A DNA stretch of 64,000 bases from Verrucomicrobiia bacterium (lineage in GTDB: Bacteria; Verrucomicrobiota; Verrucomicrobiia; Limisphaerales; Palsa-1400). The DNA is taken from positions 21,205 through 85,204 of the forward strand of contig DASZMX010000133.1 of assembly GCA_035551475.1 (NCBI GenBank), in the 5' to 3' direction. The number at the start of each line of letters is the position of its first letter. Positions within the stretch are counted from its first letter, which is position 1. Under the pieces are notes generated by a model. It made no database searches. It saw only the letters and a program-made list of their open reading frames with translations, and was not told the DNA's origin. Of this stretch, positions 28,669 through 38,791 are shown piece after piece. Made by a program: the position numbers and the translations under genes.

Positions 28669-29442
28669 TCAGGCGCCCTCGCCTGCTTTGGATTGCACGG
28701 GATTCTTCAGGATGGCTTTGCCGTATTCGCGGTTCAGTTGCGCGATGAAGTCGAGGCTGATTTCCTTGGGGCAAACAGCTTCGCATGAGCCCGTGACGGT
28801 GCAGGCGCCAAATCCTTCGCTGTCCATCTGGCTGACCATGCTCAGGGCGCGCCGCACACGCTCCGGTTTGCCTTGGGGCAGCGTGGCCAGTTGGGAAACT
28901 TTGGCCGAAACAAACAGCATGGCGGAGGCGTTTTTGCACGCGGCCACACACGCTCCACAGCCAATGCACGCGGCGGCATCCATGGCTTTGTCAGCATCGG
29001 TCTTGGCTACGGGAATGGCATTGCCATCCGGCGTTCCGCCCGTGTTGATGGAAACAAATCCCCCAGCCTGAATGATGCGGTCGAAGGCGCTGCGGTCGGT
29101 GACCAAATCGCGCAGCACAGGAAAAGCGCGGGCCCGCCACGGCTCAATCACAATGGTGTCGCCATCCTTAAAGCGGCGCATATGCAGTTGACAGACCGTC
29201 GTGCCCTTTTGGCCGCCATGCGCCACGCCATTGATCATCATGGAGCAGGTGCCGCAAATGCCTTCCCGGCAATCCGAGTCGAAGGCGATGGGCTCCTCGC
29301 CCTTCGTCATCAGCCCCTCGTTGACGACATCCAGCATTTCGAGAAACGACATGTCGGGGCTGACATCGGGCGCGGCGTAAGTGGCGAGGTGACCGTCGCT
29401 GTCTTTGTCCTTCTGCCGCCAAACTTTTAGAGTAAGGTTCAT
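28669..29442 (-). CDS. sdhB: succinate dehydrogenase/fumarate reductase iron-sulfur subunit
   Basis: Three Cys clusters: [20 protein letters not shown] and [16 protein letters not shown] overlap with the sdhA stop. Confidence 0.9.
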   Translation of the reverse strand: MNLTLKVWRQKDKDSDGHLATYAAPDVSPDMSFLEMLDVVNEGLMTKGEEPIAFDSDCREGICGTCSMMINGVAHGGQKGTTVCQLHMRRFKDGDTIVIEPWRARAFPVLRDLVTDRSAFDRIIQAGGFVSINTGGTPDGNAIPVAKTDADKAMDAAACIGCGACVAACKNASAMLFVSAKVSQLATLPQGKPERVRRALSMVSQMDSEGFGACTVTGSCEAVCPKEISLDFIAQLNREYGKAILKNPVQSKAGEGA

Positions 29443-31352
29443 TTGTAGCTGCGCGTGCTCATGTGGACCTCCTCATAGACGAGGGGTTCCTTGTTCAAAA
29501 TGGGCGGTTTATCCGAGCCGGCGAATTCCCAGGCCGCGACATAGGAAAAATTCTCGTCGTCGCGCTTGGCTTCGCCTTCCTCGGTTTGAAATTCCGTGCG
29601 GAAATGGCCGCCGCACGATTCGCGCCGATGCAGCGCGTCCTGGCAGGTCAGCTCCGCGAACTCCAGGAAATCGGCGACCCGTCCGGCATGCTCCAAGTTC
29701 TGATTCAACTCGCCGTTTTCGCCGACGACTTTCACGTTTTTCCAAAATTCCTCGCGCAACGCCGGGATTTGCCGCAGCGCTTCCTGCAACCCTTTTTCGT
29801 CCCGGGCCATGCCGCATTTTTCCCACATGATATGGCCCAGCTCCTTGTGAAAGGAATTGACGGTGCGTTTGCCGTTGATTGACAGCAGCCGCTTCGTCAG
29901 CGCCGCGACATCGCCGAGCGCGCGCTGGAATTCCGGCTGGTCGGCTTTCGGCTTCGCCTGCTTGGAGGTGGCGAGGTAATTGGCAATGGTGTAGGGGATG
30001 ACAAAATAACCGTCCGCCAGTCCCTGCATGAGCGCGCTCGCGCCGAGGCGATTGGCGCCGTGATCGGAGAAGTTTGCCTCGCCCAGGACGAAGCAGCCTG
30101 GGATCGTGCTCATCAAATGGTAATCCACCCAGAGCCCGCCCATCGTGTAATGGACCGCGGGATAAATGCGCATCGGCGTCTTGTACCCATTCTCGCCGGT
30201 GATCTTCTCGTACATGTCAAACAAATTGCCGTAACGCTCGCGCACGCCGTTCTCCGTCAACCGCTTGATGGCGTCGGCGAAATCGAGGTAAACCCCTTTG
30301 CCGCCCGGGCCGACTCCCCTGCCCTCGTCGCAGGCTTCCTTGGCCGCGCGAGAAGCAATGTCGCGCGGAGCGAGATTGCCAAAGCTGGGATATTTGCGCT
30401 CCAGGAAATAATCGCGCTCGCTCTCCGAAATTTCCCCCGGCGCGCGCTTGTCACCTTTGGCTTTCGGCGCCCAGACGCGTCCGTCGTTGCGCAGCGATTC
30501 GGACATCAATGTCAATTTCGACTGATGATCCCCGCTGACGGGAATACAGGTCGGATGAATTTGCGTGTAACAAGGGTTCGCGAACGCGGCGCCTTTCTTG
30601 TAGGCGCGCCATGTGGCGGTGACGTTGCACCCCTTGGCGTTGGTGGAGAGGTAAAATACATTGCCGTAGCCGCCAGTTGCCAGCACCACGGCATCCGCCG
30701 CATGGGAAGTGACCTGGCCGGTGACCATGTCGCGCACTATGATCCCCTTGGCATGGCCATTGACGAGCACGAGATCGAGCATCTCGGTGCGCGGAAACAT
30801 TTTGACTTTGCCGGCGCCAATTTGGCGGGACAACGCTTGGTACGCCCCCAGCAGCAATTGCTGGCCGGTCTGGCCGCGCGCATAAAAGGTGCGGGAAACC
30901 TGGGCGCCGCCGAACGAGCGGTTGGCGAGCAACCCGCCGTATTCCCGCGCAAACGGCACGCCTTGCGCCACGCACTGGTCAATAATATTAACACTGACTT
31001 GAGCGAGGCGATAGACGTTGGCTTCACGGGCGCGAAAATCGCCGCCCTTGATGGTGTCGTAAAAAAGCCGGTAAACGCTGTCGCCATCGTTTTGGTAATT
31101 CTTCGCGGCATTGATGCCGCCCTGGGCGGCAATGCTGTGGGCGCGGCGCGGACTGTCCTGGTAGCAAAACGCCTTCACGTTGTAGCCCAATTCGGCCATG
31201 GTGGCCGCGGCCGACGCGCCCGCCAGGCCGGTGCCGACGACAATGATGTCGAATTTGCGTTTGTTCGCCGGGTTGACCAACTTCAGATCAAAGCGATGGC
31301 GATCCCATTTCTGCGCCAGCGGGCCCTCGGGAATTTTGGAGTCCAATTTCAT
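29439..31352 (-). CDS. sdhA: succinate dehydrogenase/fumarate reductase flavoprotein subunit
   Basis: Start moved to ATG 31352 ([10 protein letters not shown]), an ATGA overlap with the sdhC stop. FAD motif [13 protein letters not shown], then [12 protein letters not shown] and HYTMGG. Confidence 0.9.
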   Translation of the reverse strand: MKLDSKIPEGPLAQKWDRHRFDLKLVNPANKRKFDIIVVGTGLAGASAAATMAELGYNVKAFCYQDSPRRAHSIAAQGGINAAKNYQNDGDSVYRLFYDTIKGGDFRAREANVYRLAQVSVNIIDQCVAQGVPFAREYGGLLANRSFGGAQVSRTFYARGQTGQQLLLGAYQALSRQIGAGKVKMFPRTEMLDLVLVNGHAKGIIVRDMVTGQVTSHAADAVVLATGGYGNVFYLSTNAKGCNVTATWRAYKKGAAFANPCYTQIHPTCIPVSGDHQSKLTLMSESLRNDGRVWAPKAKGDKRAPGEISESERDYFLERKYPSFGNLAPRDIASRAAKEACDEGRGVGPGGKGVYLDFADAIKRLTENGVRERYGNLFDMYEKITGENGYKTPMRIYPAVHYTMGGLWVDYHLMSTIPGCFVLGEANFSDHGANRLGASALMQGLADGYFVIPYTIANYLATSKQAKPKADQPEFQRALGDVAALTKRLLSINGKRTVNSFHKELGHIMWEKCGMARDEKGLQEALRQIPALREEFWKNVKVVGENGELNQNLEHAGRVADFLEFAELTCQDALHRRESCGGHFRTEFQTEEGEAKRDDENFSYVAAWEFAGSDKPPILNKEPLVYEEVHMSTRSYK

Positions 31353-32053
31353 GAAATCACTTTGAAGAGAATCGCCAGCGGAATAGAGCTGTAGCCGAGC
31401 CAAATCGCCACCGATCCCCACACGGCGGCGCGATCCAGGCACGCGCCATAAGGCCGCTTTTTCCAACCCAGCGACTGAAACATCGCGCTGACCCCGTGGC
31501 TGAGATGCAGGCACAGCAAGCCCACGGCAATCACGTAAAACAAGGCGACGACGGGATTGCTGAAGCCGACAATCATCATGTGATAAACATCGTGCCGGCC
31601 CTCCTTGTCAAAGAATTCGGGATGAGCGTCGAAGTTTTTGCCGGTGAAATTGATGGACTGCACCATCACCGTGTAATGCAGCAAATGGTAAACAATGAAA
31701 AACGCCACGATCACCCCGCTCATGAACATCGTGCGGGAAGCGTAACTGGCGGCGGTCGGCTTCCAATCCGTGTAACTCACCGGGCGCGCGGCGCGATTCT
31801 CGCGCGTCAAACTAATGGCCGACCAAATATGCACAATGATAATGGCGAGCAGAATCAAGCGCACCGGCCAGAGCAATTCCACATTGGTTTGCAGCAGGTT
31901 GCCGTAACGGTTGATTGCCTCCGGCCCGAGGAAGATTTGCAGGTTGCCCGCGAGGTGCCCGATGACGAAAACGAAAAGGGCGGCGCCAGTGCCGGCCATC
32001 AAATATTTTTTGCCCAGCGAAGAACAAAACAGATTGCGGAGAAGATTCGTCAT
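31349..32053 (-). CDS. sdhC: succinate dehydrogenase cytochrome b subunit (b558-type)
   Basis: 234 aa with 5 TM segments and conserved His residues; first gene of the sdhCAB order. Confidence 0.8.
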   Translation of the reverse strand: MTNLLRNLFCSSLGKKYLMAGTGAALFVFVIGHLAGNLQIFLGPEAINRYGNLLQTNVELLWPVRLILLAIIIVHIWSAISLTRENRAARPVSYTDWKPTAASYASRTMFMSGVIVAFFIVYHLLHYTVMVQSINFTGKNFDAHPEFFDKEGRHDVYHMMIVGFSNPVVALFYVIAVGLLCLHLSHGVSAMFQSLGWKKRPYGACLDRAAVWGSVAIWLGYSSIPLAILFKVIS

Positions 32054-32156
32054 TTGAATACTTTGGCGTCGGGTGCCATGTCTTTCAGATAATCTAATAA
32101 CTCAGGCAATCGAGTCAATGATGTTAAGCAATTATTAGACCGGAGCTTGACCAAGC

Positions 32157-35100
32157 TCAATCCGCCTTATTGCGCGCGGCCGCTTTCAGCATGCGGTAGG
32201 GCTCCGACCACGCGTCAAAGCGGCAGATTGCTTGACTCGCGCACTTGTCGCAGGCGTGCTCATCTCCCTTTTGAAACGGATTCGCCCGGATGGCTCCGGC
32301 GTAAATTTCGCGTCCCATGCGGCGCAGCTGCGCTTCCACATCATCGAGCAATTCCAGAAAGTTCTCGCCGCGCATGGCGTCGGCGTTATTGGCATGAGGC
32401 TGGCCGTCATTTCTAATCCGGTAATTGAATTGCGTCCCTACCGAAGCCCCGCTCGCATCCAGCTTGCGGACATGGGAGAAATCGAACCGGCCGGCATGTT
32501 GAAACGAGAGCAGGCGCGACGCGGCGCGGTTGGTCAGAGCCTCCTGCCGGTTTTGTCCACGCGAGATGACGCCGCGCAGGCTCACATAAAACATCCCCGC
32601 CGGGATTAAACGGCTCACCCCGAAAAGGGCGCGGGAATCCTTCAGTTGCCGCAGCGCGGCTAGGTAAGCGGCCAATTGCAATCGCAAGCCATGCGCCATA
32701 AATGTGGCGTCAAGCTTGCGCTCGCTGGACTTGTAATCCAACACCACCGCGAGGGCTTCTTCAGAATCGGGAAGCCGGGCCAGGTCGATCCTGTCAATAA
32801 TTCCACGAAAGATGAGGCGGCGCCCGTCCCCCAAATCAATTTCCCAGGCGGGCAGCGGACGGTCCTCCCCGCCGAAGGCCAACTCCACGGCGCAGGGATC
32901 GAATTGATATTGCTTCATCCAGGCAATGCTGGCGGCGACGAATTCTCCGAGCGACTCGGCGACCGTGCGCGCCGCAAATCGCGCCTGGGGATGCGACTCC
33001 AGCAGGCCGTCGCGAAAACGCCCCGCCAAGTCCTCCACGATTTGCCGGACGCGCTCCCGGCCTTCATCCGGCGATATGTCGCGCCACTGTTTGTTCTCGG
33101 CGCGCAACTGATCGTGAAAGGCCGCCAGCGCCGCATGCTGAAAGCTGCCGCGTTCGCGCACATCCAATTCAAAAATCTGCCGCTCCTCCGCGCGCAGGCC
33201 GGAGCGCGTGAAAAATTTGAAAGAGCAGGCCGCGTAATCTTCCAACCGGCTGACGGAAGTCTTCAGCGCCGGCCCGTAAAGCTGCCCGGTGAGATCGGCC
33301 AGGGTCTCGGGCTCGCGGCCCGCCATCGACTCCATCTGCTCCCGCAACCGCGCGAAACCAGGCCGCGCGAGCACGGCATCCAAGTTGATGGGGAGCGCTC
33401 CGCTTTGGCTCGCTTCCACCAGATGGTCGGCCAATTCGGCGGCATGCTCCGCCTCGCGCCAATCGGCTCCCGCGAATTTTTCCACCGTGATTTCCGGGAA
33501 AAGCTTTTGCAGGCGCGCAAAAAAAGGCGAGGGGTTGAGCGGCGAATCCGCGGCGTCATGTTCGGCGCAAGTCACGATGAGGCGCTCGTGAGAACGGGTG
33601 CAGGCGATATACGCCAGAAATTGTTCGCGGCCCAGCCACTGCAAACGGGTGGGCCCGGTGTTGATACGCTCCATCCGTAATTCATCCCGATCGCTTTCGC
33701 TGAGCAGCGAAGCCAAACGCGGCGGCGCAGGGAACACGGTTTCGTTCATGCCCAAAACCAAAACGAGTTTTAGCTCCGGATTGCGCGAGCGATCGATGGC
33801 CCCGATCAAAACCTGGTCCAGCGCCGGCGGAATGACGCCGACGGTTAACCCAGTCAACCCGGCTTCGATAATCTGCATCCAATCGCGCAGCGGCAGCGTC
33901 TCCGCGCCAAACGCCAGCGCCAAGTCATCCAGCAAAATGTTCATCTGTTCCCAAACGGTCGCATGGACGCTTTCGCTGGCGCCCCATTCCTCAACGCGGG
34001 CTTCGACACGCAAGTCGCGCCACAATTGACGCAAGGCCTCGGCAATGGTTTCGCCCGTCGGCGGGAAAAGGCCGCCTTCCTGGACCGCGGCGCGAAAACG
34101 GGCAAACGGTGGCATCCATTGCTGCCGCAAGCGTTCGGCTGCCGCGACGGTTTCGTCATCGCCGGGGAGCGGCTTGAACCAAACCTCGCCTTTCCAGCCG
34201 CGCCGCAGCGCCTCATTCTCGAGCCGATCCACCGCGTTCGCGTCGGCGGAAACCAAACCCGATTTTAAAGCCCCAAACCAATCGTTATGCGCCCAGTCAA
34301 ATGCCGTCGCGCGCAACGTGTCGCGGGTTAGCTCCGCCAGCGGATGATGCGAAGCCGACTCGCGTCGATCCAAAAAATAAGGAATGCCATAGCGCGCGAA
34401 CACCCGCGACAAATGCTCGCCGTAGCCTTCCATCTTCCGCACCAGGACGGCAACATCACGATACCGGCCGCCGGACCGCACGAAGCGAAGAATTTCCTGC
34501 GCGGCAAACACCGCTTCCATCTCCGGGTCGGAGCAAACGGCCAGACGCATGGCGGCGGAACCGGCAAACGGAACGGGCGCCGCCCAATGTTGCTCCAAAT
34601 GGCGCAAATCCGGGGTGTGGGCGAAACGCCCCATTATATCGGCGTCCACCAGCGTTTCCTCCGTCACGACCGCTCCCGGAATTTTGCGCAAGCGCAGCCA
34701 GCATTCCTGGCGGGTTTGGTCAATGCCGGTCCAAAGAGAAAGCCATGACGTGTTCGCCTTGGCGGCCACGGGGTCGAGGCAAAAGGCCAGCGTCACGTCC
34801 TGACCGTGAGGCGCCACGGCCGCCAGAAGCGCCACTTCCTGCGCCGACATTTCGGCAAATCCATCCAGCCACAACGCGGCCACGGGGAAGGCGCCGGGCT
34901 CGGTTTTTTCCAGCGCGCGGGTCGCAAGGTCGAGCAAGCATTCTGGATCGTGCACGCGGTGTTGCTCCAGCCACGCCAGGTAATCTTCGAGGAGGAGGCC
35001 AAGATCGTGCAGCTTGCGCCGCAAAGCAGGGTTCAATTCCGTCCGGGCGGCGAGACGCGCGAGGCCGGCGGGAGTGTATTGACGGCGCTGCCATTGGCGC

Positions 35101-35474
35101 AATTCCTGGCTAAGATCCTGCGCAAACCTTGCCAGGCCGCTCTCGCGAAATATTTGCAGATCCTTCCGGCGCGCCAAAATCGCGCGCAAAGCCATAATTC
35201 GGCCCTGCTCCGACAACAGAGCGTCGAGGGGTTGACGTTGTTGCTCGAGAACGAATTGAGCGAGGCGTTCGAAGGAAAGAATCCGCAGCCGCGTGTATCC
35301 GCCCAAGGCTGGGTCGCTCAACAATTGACGTTCCAGTTGAAAAGTCGCCTGCTTGGGCGCAATGAAAATCAGCGGGGCGCCTTCAGGTTCCGCCAGCAGA
35401 AGGCGGCGCGCCTCCGCCAGGCAGGAAAAAGTTTTTCCCGCCCCGGCTCGTCCCAATAGAAAACGCGCGCGCAT
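32157..35474 (-). CDS. AddB/RexB-like helicase-nuclease subunit (PD-(D/E)XK nuclease with Fe-S cluster cysteines)
   Basis: Walker A GRAGAGKT at the N-terminus (start taken at M10, 35474). C-terminal nuclease motif GIIDRID...VLDYKSS. Cys pattern AACSFKF ... CDKCASQAIC (C...CxxCxxxxxC), as in the AddB iron staple. Confidence 0.75.
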   Translation of the reverse strand: MRARFLLGRAGAGKTFSCLAEARRLLLAEPEGAPLIFIAPKQATFQLERQLLSDPALGGYTRLRILSFERLAQFVLEQQRQPLDALLSEQGRIMALRAILARRKDLQIFRESGLARFAQDLSQELRQWQRRQYTPAGLARLAARTELNPALRRKLHDLGLLLEDYLAWLEQHRVHDPECLLDLATRALEKTEPGAFPVAALWLDGFAEMSAQEVALLAAVAPHGQDVTLAFCLDPVAAKANTSWLSLWTGIDQTRQECWLRLRKIPGAVVTEETLVDADIMGRFAHTPDLRHLEQHWAAPVPFAGSAAMRLAVCSDPEMEAVFAAQEILRFVRSGGRYRDVAVLVRKMEGYGEHLSRVFARYGIPYFLDRRESASHHPLAELTRDTLRATAFDWAHNDWFGALKSGLVSADANAVDRLENEALRRGWKGEVWFKPLPGDDETVAAAERLRQQWMPPFARFRAAVQEGGLFPPTGETIAEALRQLWRDLRVEARVEEWGASESVHATVWEQMNILLDDLALAFGAETLPLRDWMQIIEAGLTGLTVGVIPPALDQVLIGAIDRSRNPELKLVLVLGMNETVFPAPPRLASLLSESDRDELRMERINTGPTRLQWLGREQFLAYIACTRSHERLIVTCAEHDAADSPLNPSPFFARLQKLFPEITVEKFAGADWREAEHAAELADHLVEASQSGALPINLDAVLARPGFARLREQMESMAGREPETLADLTGQLYGPALKTSVSRLEDYAACSFKFFTRSGLRAEERQIFELDVRERGSFQHAALAAFHDQLRAENKQWRDISPDEGRERVRQIVEDLAGRFRDGLLESHPQARFAARTVAESLGEFVAASIAWMKQYQFDPCAVELAFGGEDRPLPAWEIDLGDGRRLIFRGIIDRIDLARLPDSEEALAVVLDYKSSERKLDATFMAHGLRLQLAAYLAALRQLKDSRALFGVSRLIPAGMFYVSLRGVISRGQNRQEALTNRAASRLLSFQHAGRFDFSHVRKLDASGASVGTQFNYRIRNDGQPHANNADAMRGENFLELLDDVEAQLRRMGREIYAGAIRANPFQKGDEHACDKCASQAICRFDAWSEPYRMLKAAARNKAD

Positions 35475-35530
35475 GCTTGCGGAGATAGTATCATATCTCA
35501 CCGCCGCGACGTAAGGCGGTTATTGCAAAT

Positions 35531-37273
35531 TTGTGGCCATTGCTTTTTCCAAGCATTCGCTATCATGGCGCCGTGGCAAGCGCGACCAACGAAAACGATC
35601 CGGACAACGGACTGCGCCGTTTCACGCGTGGGCCGGCGCTGGCAATCTTGCTGTTTCTCCTGGTGGCCTGCGTTTTTTTGCCGGCGCTGAAAAATGATTT
35701 CATCGATTACGACGATCCGGCGTTCGTAACTGAAAATTCCATTGCGCAGCAAGGTTGGACTTGGGCGGGCGTGGTGTGGGCGTTCACCGGCGTGGTGCAG
35801 GCCAATTGGCATCCCATCACCTGCCTGTCCCATCTGACAGATTGCGAATTGTTCGGATTAAAACCGTGGGGGCATCACCTGACGAGCGTGCTGCTTCATG
35901 CCCTCAACGCCGCCTTGCTTTTTGTGTTGCTGCGGCAGTGGACTGGATCGACTGGCCGAAGTTTTTTTGTGGCGGCGGCGTTCGGATTGCATCCCTTGCG
36001 GGTGGAATCGGTGGCGTGGGTGGCTGAAAGGAAAGACGTCTTAAGCACGTTTTTCCTGTTCTTGACGCTATTTGCCTATCGCGCGCACACGCAAGGAAAA
36101 CGGTGGGCGTATGCCGCCGCCTTATTTTGTTTCGCGTTGGGCTTGATGTCGAAGGCGATGCTGGTGACGCTGCCGTGCCTTTTGCTGTTGCTGGATTACT
36201 GGCCCTTGCGACGTTGGCAACGCGATCGCGCCGGAGCTTTAATCCGGGAAAAGATTCCGTTCGTCCTCTTGACCGTCGCAGCCTGCATCGTCACGTTGCG
36301 CGTGCAAAGCGGCGCGGGAGCGGTCATATCGGGAGGACGCATCGGCCTCGGCGAGCGCCTTGCCAATGCGGTGTTATCGTGCGGGAAATATCTCGGCAAA
36401 ACATTTTGGCCGCAAGACTTGGCTCTCCCCTACCCTTATCCCAAGGAATGGCCAATGGGAACCCTCATCGCGGCCGGCGTTATTTTGCTTGGCGTGACGA
36501 TCTTCGTAGTGACGCAATGCCGGCGCCGCCCGTCCTCTGCGGTGGGCTGGTTTTGGTTTTTAGGAACGCTGGCGCCGGTGATTGGGTTGGTGCAAGTGGG
36601 CGGTCAGGCGATGGCGGATCGTTATACTTACATTCCTCAAATTGGCCTCTTCATCCTGCTGGCGTGGCTTGTGGAGAAACCGCCTGCCGCGTTGCGCTGG
36701 GCTGCGGCCGCCGCCTTGGTGATTTGCGTTCTCTTGACCCAGCGGCAGTTGAATTATTGGCAAACCACCGGCACGTTGTTTCGGCACACCTTGGAGGTGA
36801 CGGAAAACAATGCGCCCGCGATGACGCTGGTTGCCGCCTCGCTCGACGAAGAAGGCAAGCCGCGCGAGGCTCTCGCCCTGTACGAAAAAGCCCTGGCCAT
36901 AAACCCCGCAATGGATGCGGCGCGGAATAAATACGGCCTGCTCTTGCAGGCCGAGGGGCGCGTCGATGAAGCGGCCGCCCAGTTCGCCTTAGCCGGCAAC
37001 GCGCAACGCGCCCAGAATGCCAATGCCAACGTGGTGGAAAATAATCTGGGCGTCATGTTTGCCAGCAAAGGCCAATTGGACGAGGCAGAGATTCATTTTC
37101 GGCGCGCGCTCCGCCTAAAGCCGGACGATGCCAGCGCCTGGGCGAACTGCGGGCTGTTGAGTTTGGAGCGCGGCCAGACCAACGAAGCCATCGCCAATTA
37201 TCAGAAAGCCGTCGCGCTCGATCCCCATCTTTCACTCGCGCAGGAGCAACTTCGAAAACTGCAGGGGCATTGA
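35531..37273 (+). CDS. polytopic PMT/TMTC-like glycosyltransferase-fold membrane protein with C-terminal TPR repeats
   Basis: 580 aa with FIDYDDPAFVTEN and HPLRVESVAWVAERKDVL motifs, about 10 TM segments, then TPR repeats (ALYEKALAINPAMDAARNKYG..., AIANYQKAVALDPH). TTG start, uncertain. Confidence 0.7.
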   Translation: MWPLLFPSIRYHGAVASATNENDPDNGLRRFTRGPALAILLFLLVACVFLPALKNDFIDYDDPAFVTENSIAQQGWTWAGVVWAFTGVVQANWHPITCLSHLTDCELFGLKPWGHHLTSVLLHALNAALLFVLLRQWTGSTGRSFFVAAAFGLHPLRVESVAWVAERKDVLSTFFLFLTLFAYRAHTQGKRWAYAAALFCFALGLMSKAMLVTLPCLLLLLDYWPLRRWQRDRAGALIREKIPFVLLTVAACIVTLRVQSGAGAVISGGRIGLGERLANAVLSCGKYLGKTFWPQDLALPYPYPKEWPMGTLIAAGVILLGVTIFVVTQCRRRPSSAVGWFWFLGTLAPVIGLVQVGGQAMADRYTYIPQIGLFILLAWLVEKPPAALRWAAAAALVICVLLTQRQLNYWQTTGTLFRHTLEVTENNAPAMTLVAASLDEEGKPREALALYEKALAINPAMDAARNKYGLLLQAEGRVDEAAAQFALAGNAQRAQNANANVVENNLGVMFASKGQLDEAEIHFRRALRLKPDDASAWANCGLLSLERGQTNEAIANYQKAVALDPHLSLAQEQLRKLQGH

Positions 37274-38313
37274 GAACCGTTGCCTCGCCACCTGCCCGCG
37301 GCTACAGTGGATTGGTGATTGATTTGAATGAAGCGGAGTTTGTCACACGCACGCCTTTGCCGCCCGCCACGCGGGATGCGCTGTCGCAGGAAATTATAAA
37401 CCTCAAAAAGCGGCTGAACGCCGTAATTCTTGCGCATAATTACCAGGTTCCCGAAATCCAGGACGTGGCGGATTTTGTGGGCGATTCGTTGGGCCTTTCG
37501 CAGCAGGCCGCCAGAACCGAGGCTGAGGTGATTGTTTTCTGCGGCGTTCATTTCATGGCGGAAACGGCGAAAATTCTGAATCCCAACAAAATTGTCATCC
37601 TGCCCGACAAGGACGCCGGTTGCTCATTGGAAGAAAGCTGCCCCGCGCCGAAATTAAAGGCGCTGCAAGACACCAACCCAAACTTTTACACGATCGCCTA
37701 CATCAATTGCAGCGCGGAGGTGAAGGCCCTGAGTGACGTCATTTGCACCAGCGGCAACGCGGTGAAAATTGTCCAGGCCACGCCGCCGGAGCGCGATATT
37801 TTGTTTGTCCCGGACGAGAATCTCGGCGCCTGGGTGATGGAGCAGACCGGGCGGAAAATGACGTTGTGGCGCGGCAATTGTTATGCGCATGTGGAATTCA
37901 CCCATGCCAGCATCACCCGCCTGCGCCGCGAATTTCCCGACGCTCCGTTGGTGGCGCATCCCGAATGCACGCGCGCGGTGCGCATGCTGGCCAATGAAGT
38001 TTGTTCGACGGAGAAAATGGTTGATTACTGCCGGCGCAGCCCGGCGCCGGTTTTTCTCATTGCCACCGAGGCCGGCATGATTCATCGCCTGCAAAAAGAA
38101 TGCCCGGGCAAACGGTTTGTGCCGGCGCCCACGGAAAATTGCCGCTGCAACGAATGCCGGTTCATGAAGATGAACACGCTGGAAAAACTGCGCGATTGCA
38201 TGGAGCGCCTGGAGCCGCGCATTGAGTTAAGCCCGGAGATTATTTCACGCGCGCGGGCGCCCATTGAGCGGATGCTGCAAATTTCCGCGCAGCCGCTGGC
38301 CAACGCCGGCTGA
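37270..38313 (+). CDS. nadA: quinolinate synthase
   Basis: LKKRLNAVILAHNYQVPEIQDVADFVGDS, FCGVHFMAETAKIL, and conserved Cys residues. The true start is probably internal (for example GTG 37315). Confidence 0.85.
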   Translation: MRTVASPPARGYSGLVIDLNEAEFVTRTPLPPATRDALSQEIINLKKRLNAVILAHNYQVPEIQDVADFVGDSLGLSQQAARTEAEVIVFCGVHFMAETAKILNPNKIVILPDKDAGCSLEESCPAPKLKALQDTNPNFYTIAYINCSAEVKALSDVICTSGNAVKIVQATPPERDILFVPDENLGAWVMEQTGRKMTLWRGNCYAHVEFTHASITRLRREFPDAPLVAHPECTRAVRMLANEVCSTEKMVDYCRRSPAPVFLIATEAGMIHRLQKECPGKRFVPAPTENCRCNECRFMKMNTLEKLRDCMERLEPRIELSPEIISRARAPIERMLQISAQPLANAG

Positions 38314-38318
38314 GCCCG

Positions 38319-38789
38319 TCAATACAACATTTTGTCCGGTTTTCCGCGCCACTCGCCAAAAACCTGGAGCGCTTCGTCGCGCAACAACTGCGTCATCGGC
38401 ACCGTTCGGTCTTCGAGCGCGCGCGGCAGTTGCTCGTAAAACGTCGCGTCGTCAAACCCGATGGCGGCGGCGTCATGCCGGGTGTTCGCGTAAAAAATTC
38501 GCCGCACGCGCGACCAATAAATCGCGGCCAGACACATGGGGCACGGCTCGCAGCTCGTGTAAATATCACAATCGTCGAGGCGAAACGACCCGAGCGTGGC
38601 GCAAGCGCGCCGGATGGCATTGACCTCGGCGTGAGCCGTGGGGTCATTGGTCGATACGACTTCATTCCAACCGCGCGCAATAATCTTATCGTCAAGCACA
38701 ATGATCGCGCCAAAGGGGCCGCCGGCATTGCTTTGCATGCCTTGCCGCGACAAACGCACAGCCTCTGCCATGAAATCGTTATGATTCAT
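38319..38789 (-). CDS. CDA-fold nucleoside deaminase (guanine deaminase GuaD-like / TadA-like)
   Basis: 156 aa with zinc motifs HAEVNAI and CEPCPMC; overall GuaD-like layout. Confidence 0.75.
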   Translation of the reverse strand: MNHNDFMAEAVRLSRQGMQSNAGGPFGAIIVLDDKIIARGWNEVVSTNDPTAHAEVNAIRRACATLGSFRLDDCDIYTSCEPCPMCLAAIYWSRVRRIFYANTRHDAAAIGFDDATFYEQLPRALEDRTVPMTQLLRDEALQVFGEWRGKPDKMLY

Positions 38790-38791
38790 TT

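Noticed and set aside
30060-31394. 444-aa ORF on the plus strand
   Set aside because: It is antisense to sdhA (FAD-binding and HYTMGG motifs present on the other strand) and has no motifs of its own.
32143-32158. Inverted repeat GAGCTTG-ac-CAAGCTC overlapping the AddB-like stop codon
   Set aside because: The central spacer is only 2 nt and there is no U-tract, so it cannot be supported as a terminator or an operator from sequence alone. It is mentioned under the AddB finding only.
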